From positions 1 to 30,836 of IMG/VR virus record IMGVR_UViG_3300035135_000145: a stretch of DNA of 30,836 nucleotides; one strand, given 5' to 3'. Positions 25,455-30,836 of this stretch are shown one piece after another; position 1 is the first letter of the stretch, and each line of letters begins with the position of its first letter. A program made the translations under genes and the position numbers. The notes beneath the pieces are model-generated. The model was not told where the DNA came from and made no database searches. It worked only from the letters and a program-made list of their open reading frames with translations. The DNA comes from a virus. Taxonomy: Duplodnaviria > Caudoviricetes.

Positions 25455-26899
25455 CAGAATGTACCAAAGGGATTAGTTTCAGTGAAATCTAAAAGATTAT
25501 CTGCCTCTGCTTCTATTTCCTCATTAGAGAAATAATCATCAGCAAATGGTGCAGTATCGTTGTCAGAATATGAGAAGACTTGATATCTAGCAGAAGATGC
25601 TGTGCCAGTAATGAATTCACCAGGCAAGAATGCACCAGTATTTATTGATATCTGCAGTTGCCTATTGGCAAGATCCCACTTCTTGACATAACCTTCCGTA
25701 CCAGAAATAGATCCAACCACTCTCTCATTACCGAAGTATGTTCCTACTCCAGCATTCAATGGACCAGAGATTGTAACTGTCGGAGTACCTTCATATCCAG
25801 CACCAGCGTTGAGGATAAGAATGTTTTGGAGTTCGTCCCCATCCAATACTGCTCGTGCAGTTGCCTGAACCTGACCCGATTTAGTTCCTACAGTTGCACC
25901 AGTTGTGCCAATGCCAACATCAGATGGATGCTGTACGGTAATCGTTGGAGGACTTACATAGTTAAATCCAGGTTGTGTAATTCTAATAGATGTAATACCA
26001 CTATTAGTAATGGATGCAGTTGCAGCAGCACCTGCTCCAGGACCACCGAATGTAAATGATGGTGGTTCCGTATATGCAAAACCAGGGTTACCAATTGCTA
26101 AGAAATCTACTGCCTGCAAGTTACCAATAGATGTGGTAAATGCAACCACAGCACCTAGGGCACTTGTAACGCCAGCAGGAGACCTTGAGACAGTTACAAT
26201 AGGTGGAGAGGTATACCCGAAACCATCATCATTGAGGAAGACCTCTTGGAGAGCACCTGTGAGGGCGAATCCATCGACAACAGCAGTGGATGTAGATCCA
26301 ATTCCTGCAACGGTAACTGTCGTGATATAACCTTCTTCTGATAGTCTGTCGTCGATTGCAGGGATATTTGTATCGATAATCTCGTCCTGAAGGCGGAAGA
26401 GTTCGCACTGCAATTCGTAAATATAATTTTTACCCAACTGATAGAATGGGTTCTCAAACTCTACATGCTTAATCTCAAAAAGTCTTTCACCTAGGGGGAA
26501 CCAGATAAGATCTCCCTCCTTAGGTCTTGTAGAGAATATAATATCACCATCTTCTGCACCTTGTAAATTTGTAGAGTTGAAGATAAACGGTGCAATCAGA
26601 TCTTCATATTTTTCTCTAGAAACTGTAAGTGTCAGCTCATTCTGCAGATTAATGCCAAATTTTGTCATGATATCACTGCCCTTGGCATAACCCTCATAAT
26701 TGTTGAGGTATGCTTCCATGGCAAAGTTATCGTTGAACTTGGAAGACTCAACCTCTCCAAGAACATCATCTGTAGTAATTAATTTTCTAGGAATATAAAC
26801 GATCTCTTGCCCAAACATCGAAAGATGTTCGTCGATCAGAGACTGAACTAGTCTCTGCTCATCAGGCGATCCGTGAAGAAAGAATGGATTTAAGGGCAT
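25454..26899 (-). CDS. gp14: Neck protein gp14 with repeat-containing extension
   Basis: LNPFF, RPKEGDLIWFP, FEIKHVEFENPFYQLGKNY, C-terminal LDFTETNPFG. Confidence 0.94.
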   Translation of the reverse strand: MPLNPFFLHGSPDEQRLVQSLIDEHLSMFGQEIVYIPRKLITTDDVLGEVESSKFNDNFAMEAYLNNYEGYAKGSDIMTKFGINLQNELTLTVSREKYEDLIAPFIFNSTNLQGAEDGDIIFSTRPKEGDLIWFPLGERLFEIKHVEFENPFYQLGKNYIYELQCELFRLQDEIIDTNIPAIDDRLSEEGYITTVTVAGIGSTSTAVVDGFALTGALQEVFLNDDGFGYTSPPIVTVSRSPAGVTSALGAVVAFTTSIGNLQAVDFLAIGNPGFAYTEPPSFTFGGPGAGAAATASITNSGITSIRITQPGFNYVSPPTITVQHPSDVGIGTTGATVGTKSGQVQATARAVLDGDELQNILILNAGAGYEGTPTVTISGPLNAGVGTYFGNERVVGSISGTEGYVKKWDLANRQLQISINTGAFLPGEFITGTASSARYQVFSYSDNDTAPFADDYFSNEEIEAEADNLLDFTETNPFGTF

Positions 26900-28461
26900 T
26901 ATCCTATCATGTCAAGGGGTGGAATTTCATAAGTAGAGAGCATCTTATCTTCGATCTGCTGCAACTCTTGCACAGCATCTTCGTAGATTTGTCTGCCATT
27001 TAATTCAATACCTCCAGGGAGTTTAACTCCTTGGAACTTGATGAGGTTTTGACCCCACTGCTTCTTAACCCTAGATGTAAAATATCTCTTAAGGAAAGAA
27101 TCATTATAAACACCTGCATAGTTAGCAGGATCCATGATTCTGTAACATTCAATAATTACATATGTTCCTGATGCTGCGCTGGACCAATCAATGTCTAGGT
27201 ATAATCTATTGTTTCTTTTGTTATATCTAACCTGCTTTGAGGTTGTGAGAAGAAAATCAATATCCTCAAGATATGTTTTAGTCATCGCATAGTTCATTAA
27301 ACCTTGATATCCAAGATCAAATGCTAAGTCATTCAGGAATAACTGATATTTGATACTGAACATGCCACTGCTGACATTGCTATTGTCAAATGTATGAACC
27401 CTCTCGATACCCAGAACTGAATCTGGTACGGTCAGATAGTTTGTATTCTCTTCAAAACTCTGAACTTCACCACCACCAGAACTGGTCAAAGTTCCATCTG
27501 TGGGGAATGCAGAAGTTGGTGCAGTGAAATTGCTAGTGTATCTTTCTTTTGCTGTAATTCTTACATCATCATAAATTGCATCAGTGGATCTACCATCAAG
27601 ATACTTTGGTCTGGAGTTCAAATACAAATATCTATCAGTACGATTTGGAATATTATTATCAATAACTTGATTAGAAGATGTACTGCTACTTTCAGTTCCG
27701 TTTAAGAAGAAGTGAATACTACCATCAGATGCTCTTCTAGTTACTGCGACATGAACCCAATTCTGAATAATTTGTCCAGTGGTATAAGACCCTAAACCAG
27801 TACCGTATGTAGAACTGTGAAGGGTATTGTCAGTATTATGCCATCTGAAATTAATAGTTCCGCTTTGGTTATCTACAAGCAGTCCGAAGATTCCGCTGGC
27901 GAAAGAAGCATTGGTCTTTGAAAATAAAGCACCACCACTGGGACTGCTGTCGATATAGATCCAGGTTTCAAAAGTCCACTCACCAGTAAAGTCATATGCA
28001 GCATTATGACCATAATAAAGATTCTGATTAGTAGTAAATCTACCAGCTTTTCCAAACTTTACTGGAGATGCTACGATGTCTGGAGAACCACCAAGAGTCG
28101 GAGTGTTTCCTACAGGAGAGTAATCTGTAAAGTCAGCATCAAAAGTATGTCTGACAATTACATCATCCCAGTTTGAATCCCCACTAATGGTAACAGTTCC
28201 TCCATCGCCTGTACTAGAAGTAGTGATACCAAGAGACTCACCACCACCCCTTGCTCTGCCTCTGCTGATGTCATTGTCGGTAAGTTTGTACTTTAAAAAA
28301 ACTCTCTCAACACCGTCAAAGTGTCTTTCGTAGAATAACTGCAGGGAGTCATCCAAAGCATCATCTACTTGTTCATCGGCGACATTGATCTCCAAGACAG
28401 GATACCCAAGTTGCCTGAGGGCATAATCCTTGAGTTCCTGTCTAGTTGTTGGTTTAGCCAT
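26899..28461 (-). CDS. gp13: Neck protein gp13 with internal LamG/ConA-like domain insertion
   Basis: gp13 N-terminus TRQELKDYALRQLGYPVLEINV..QVDD and C-terminus KKQWGQNLIKFQGVKLPGGIELNGRQIY, interrupted at about aa 86-325 by a LamG-type domain. Confidence 0.93.
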   Translation of the reverse strand: MAKPTTRQELKDYALRQLGYPVLEINVADEQVDDALDDSLQLFYERHFDGVERVFLKYKLTDNDISRGRARGGGESLGITTSSTGDGGTVTISGDSNWDDVIVRHTFDADFTDYSPVGNTPTLGGSPDIVASPVKFGKAGRFTTNQNLYYGHNAAYDFTGEWTFETWIYIDSSPSGGALFSKTNASFASGIFGLLVDNQSGTINFRWHNTDNTLHSSTYGTGLGSYTTGQIIQNWVHVAVTRRASDGSIHFFLNGTESSSTSSNQVIDNNIPNRTDRYLYLNSRPKYLDGRSTDAIYDDVRITAKERYTSNFTAPTSAFPTDGTLTSSGGGEVQSFEENTNYLTVPDSVLGIERVHTFDNSNVSSGMFSIKYQLFLNDLAFDLGYQGLMNYAMTKTYLEDIDFLLTTSKQVRYNKRNNRLYLDIDWSSAASGTYVIIECYRIMDPANYAGVYNDSFLKRYFTSRVKKQWGQNLIKFQGVKLPGGIELNGRQIYEDAVQELQQIEDKMLSTYEIPPLDMIG

Positions 28462-30836
28462 CAGAAGAATCCTCCATCGATCGAATCAGTCCAGGTTGGA
28501 ATTCCATTTGCGTTCGTAGTGAGGACATAGTTTGATGTAGTGAGGAATCCTACTGTGCTAGCAGAACTTACCAGTCTTCCATCATTCTCAAAGTAACCAA
28601 CGCCGTTAGGACCACTATATCCGATTCCGTTGATTCCACCCTGATCAGATCTGTAGTACAGACCATCACGGAAGGTGCCATAACCGATTACGCTCAGATT
28701 GTCTTGGACAGTTACCTGACCAGCAGCAGAGTCGAGAACCAGTTCGCCACTAAGAGTATTTATTTTAGTGTTAGAAGAACCAGCACCAATCGTAATACTG
28801 GAGATCGTAGATACACCAGTTACTTTCAGGTTGTTGGTGGTCGTTACACCAGAGATAAACAGGTTGCGACCGTTGACCTCATCGTATACAACATCGCCGA
28901 TGATGTTCAGGTTACCAGCGATATAAACATCGCTCTCGAAAGTGGAGATTCCAACGAAGGTCGAAAGACCAGTTACCTTCAGGTTAGTGTTGGTGGTGTT
29001 GGTAGTAAATCCAGTTTCGATTCTGGCAGTTGTGATTGCGAAGTCAGTAGCAAGACCAGCGGTGATCTTGGCATCTTGAATGTCAGCATCGACAACATCT
29101 AAGCGATTAGCGGTTACTACACCAGCGGTTGCAACAATAGAAGAACCAATGCTGATCTGACCCTTATAGATGCCGTTATCGGAGAAGGTAACGATACCCA
29201 ACATCTCCGAACCAGCGGCGGTGAGGATCAGTCTTGCGCCGTCGCCATTAGCAAACCGATCACCGTAGATTAACTTCAGAGTTTCATTATCTACAGTCAT
29301 CACATCGCTGGCACCAAGACCAGTCTGGATGCTCAGGAAGTTGCTTCTGACTCTCAGTCTGCTAAAAGTTGCCTCAGAGTTGAAGTGCTCAATAGTGGTA
29401 TGACCTCTATTGAAGAACTGCTCGCCATCAGCGTGCTGAATAGTCAGATCATCATCACTACCGATCTTGATCAGAACATTGTCTGGGAAGGTCAGCGTGC
29501 TGTTGATTCCGATTGGGGAATTGATCGTTGCAGATCCATCTCCAACAACTTGACCAACAGTGAAGTTGGTAACGAGACCAACTGCTGCTCTCAGAGTGTT
29601 GATACCAACGATATGCTCGAATGAAGCAATATCGGTTACTGTCAGACCTGCACCAACGGTGAGGTTAGACATGAATGTAGCAACACCAGTGATCTTGAGA
29701 TCTTCCAGTAAGGTAGATCCAAGAACATCAACTCTTGCTCTAGGAGCGGCAGTAGCAATACCCAGCAACTGACCGTTGGTGAGGCGCATACCCTCAACAG
29801 CATCAGTGTTGAAGCGGATAGTGCCGTCAGAACCAGAGTCATCGAGAGCGATGGAGGTGTCACCCTTCTGGAAAGCATCCAATTGGATGACCGTAGCAGT
29901 CAGGATACCCAGGACATTGACATCACCAGTGATGTTGATATCACCTGCACCAGCGGGGTCGATATTGATATCGCCTGTAGTGGACTCAATGTTGTTACCA
30001 GCAATTTGGATGTTACCAAATGTGCCGCTAGTAGGTGTGATTGTGCTGGCATCAGTCCCGTCAGTAATCTGGAGGGAAGACAGTGCCTGCAGACTGGTTA
30101 CCTGCTGCGAGAATGCAACGGTGCCAGACTCTTGATCAACATAGAATGCATCACCGACTCTAAAGTCGCCCTTGTGGTCGATGCTGACGAAGGAGACATC
30201 ACCGTTATTGGTCTCAGTAACCTCATTTGCCTGAATTGCCAGGTTGGGATCGTTGGAGAAATCTCCACCAGAACCAACATGGTTGAAGTTGAGAGCAAAC
30301 AGTCTCAGAGTTACGCCATCGCCATCAGCAATGACGCCCTTCTGACCATACTCAACAGCACAACCAACGGAGCGCATGTCCGCACCGAACTCACTGTAAT
30401 CAGCAAGGATAACCTTGGTTGCAGTTCCGATACCGCCACCAGATTGAGTGATGCGGATATCCTGGTTACGGATTACATTATCAGTTGTTGTGCTAATGCC
30501 ATTTGAACCATTAAAGTTCAGCAGCAATGCAGTATCTTTATCGCCAGTCAGTTCGGCAGTAGGAGCAGTAAATGCTGCAGTGTACTTAGCAACACCGTAT
30601 TCAACTCTGAAGTCATCGATCCAACCTGTTACCGAGTTGGATGTGCCATCGAAGTCAGCACCGATGACCAGACCCTTAGATGCACCGTAGTCAGTTGTAT
30701 CAGAGGTCTTAATGCCTCTCTGAGTACCGTCAACGAACAGTCTAGTATTTGTACCCTCTCTAGCGAGTGCATAGTGCTTCCAGACGCCTGTAGCGATGCC
30801 TGCGCCAGAACCAGTGATAGCGGTGGTAGTACCAAC
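28461..30836 (-). CDS. Large virion structural / fibre-like protein with LamG domain, 5' end outside the window
   Basis: The frame stays open from 30836 and reads VGTTT...WKHYALAREGTNTRLFVDG...GWIDDFRVEYGVAKYTAAFTAPT into the 688-aa track ORF. G/T/S-rich beta repeats; ends IDGGFF. Confidence 0.85.
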   Translation of the reverse strand, partial: VGTTTAITGSGAGIATGVWKHYALAREGTNTRLFVDGTQRGIKTSDTTDYGASKGLVIGADFDGTSNSVTGWIDDFRVEYGVAKYTAAFTAPTAELTGDKDTALLLNFNGSNGISTTTDNVIRNQDIRITQSGGGIGTATKVILADYSEFGADMRSVGCAVEYGQKGVIADGDGVTLRLFALNFNHVGSGGDFSNDPNLAIQANEVTETNNGDVSFVSIDHKGDFRVGDAFYVDQESGTVAFSQQVTSLQALSSLQITDGTDASTITPTSGTFGNIQIAGNNIESTTGDINIDPAGAGDINITGDVNVLGILTATVIQLDAFQKGDTSIALDDSGSDGTIRFNTDAVEGMRLTNGQLLGIATAAPRARVDVLGSTLLEDLKITGVATFMSNLTVGAGLTVTDIASFEHIVGINTLRAAVGLVTNFTVGQVVGDGSATINSPIGINSTLTFPDNVLIKIGSDDDLTIQHADGEQFFNRGHTTIEHFNSEATFSRLRVRSNFLSIQTGLGASDVMTVDNETLKLIYGDRFANGDGARLILTAAGSEMLGIVTFSDNGIYKGQISIGSSIVATAGVVTANRLDVVDADIQDAKITAGLATDFAITTARIETGFTTNTTNTNLKVTGLSTFVGISTFESDVYIAGNLNIIGDVVYDEVNGRNLFISGVTTTNNLKVTGVSTISSITIGAGSSNTKINTLSGELVLDSAAGQVTVQDNLSVIGYGTFRDGLYYRSDQGGINGIGYSGPNGVGYFENDGRLVSSASTVGFLTTSNYVLTTNANGIPTWTDSIDGGFF

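Noticed and set aside
27484-28206. gp13 insert as an intein or intron
   Set aside because: No N-terminal Cys/Ser splice block, no His-Asn end and no homing endonuclease motif. The frame is continuous and the content is LamG-like.
30520-30530. Start of the 688-aa protein at 30527
   Set aside because: The frame is open upstream to the window edge and continues a LamG domain, so the true start lies outside the window.
1098-30690. Remaining plus-strand and alternate-frame ORFs in the track
   Set aside because: They overlap well-supported minus-strand genes and show no protein-like motifs.
1-30836. CRISPR array, diversity-generating retroelement, integrase or transposase, alternative genetic code
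   Set aside because: No repeat-spacer array, reverse transcriptase, long near-identical repeat pair or recombinase was seen by eye. Core genes are intact under the standard code.

Overview
About 31 kb of a T4-like cyanophage (cyanomyovirus, Kyanoviridae-like) genome. All credible genes are on the minus strand. In transcription order (right to left): the 3' part of a large LamG-containing virion/fibre protein; neck gp13 with an unusual ~240-aa LamG insert; gp14, gp15, gp16; a variable block of small genes; gp17 terminase; gp18 sheath, gp19 tube, gp20 portal, gp21 protease, gp22 scaffold, gp23 major capsid; gp3, UvsY, a putative exported HExxH protein, UvsW; gp55 late sigma factor; gp47/gp46; and a vWA-metallopeptidase + orphan ORF + CobS-like AAA ATPase module that runs off the left end. 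Late promoters ((T/C)TAAATA or ATAAATA type), sigma70-type promoters, a two-copy composite promoter and the g23 terminator are visible. The most notable points are the LamG graft in gp13, a putative capsid-targeted polyprotein, a three-way-junction RNA overlapping a missed Zn-finger micro-ORF, a back-to-back promoter pair firing antisense into the uvsW operon, and the separately promoted AAA/vWA module. Family names come from motif recognition by eye, not database searches. No tRNA, CRISPR array, intein or mobile element was seen.
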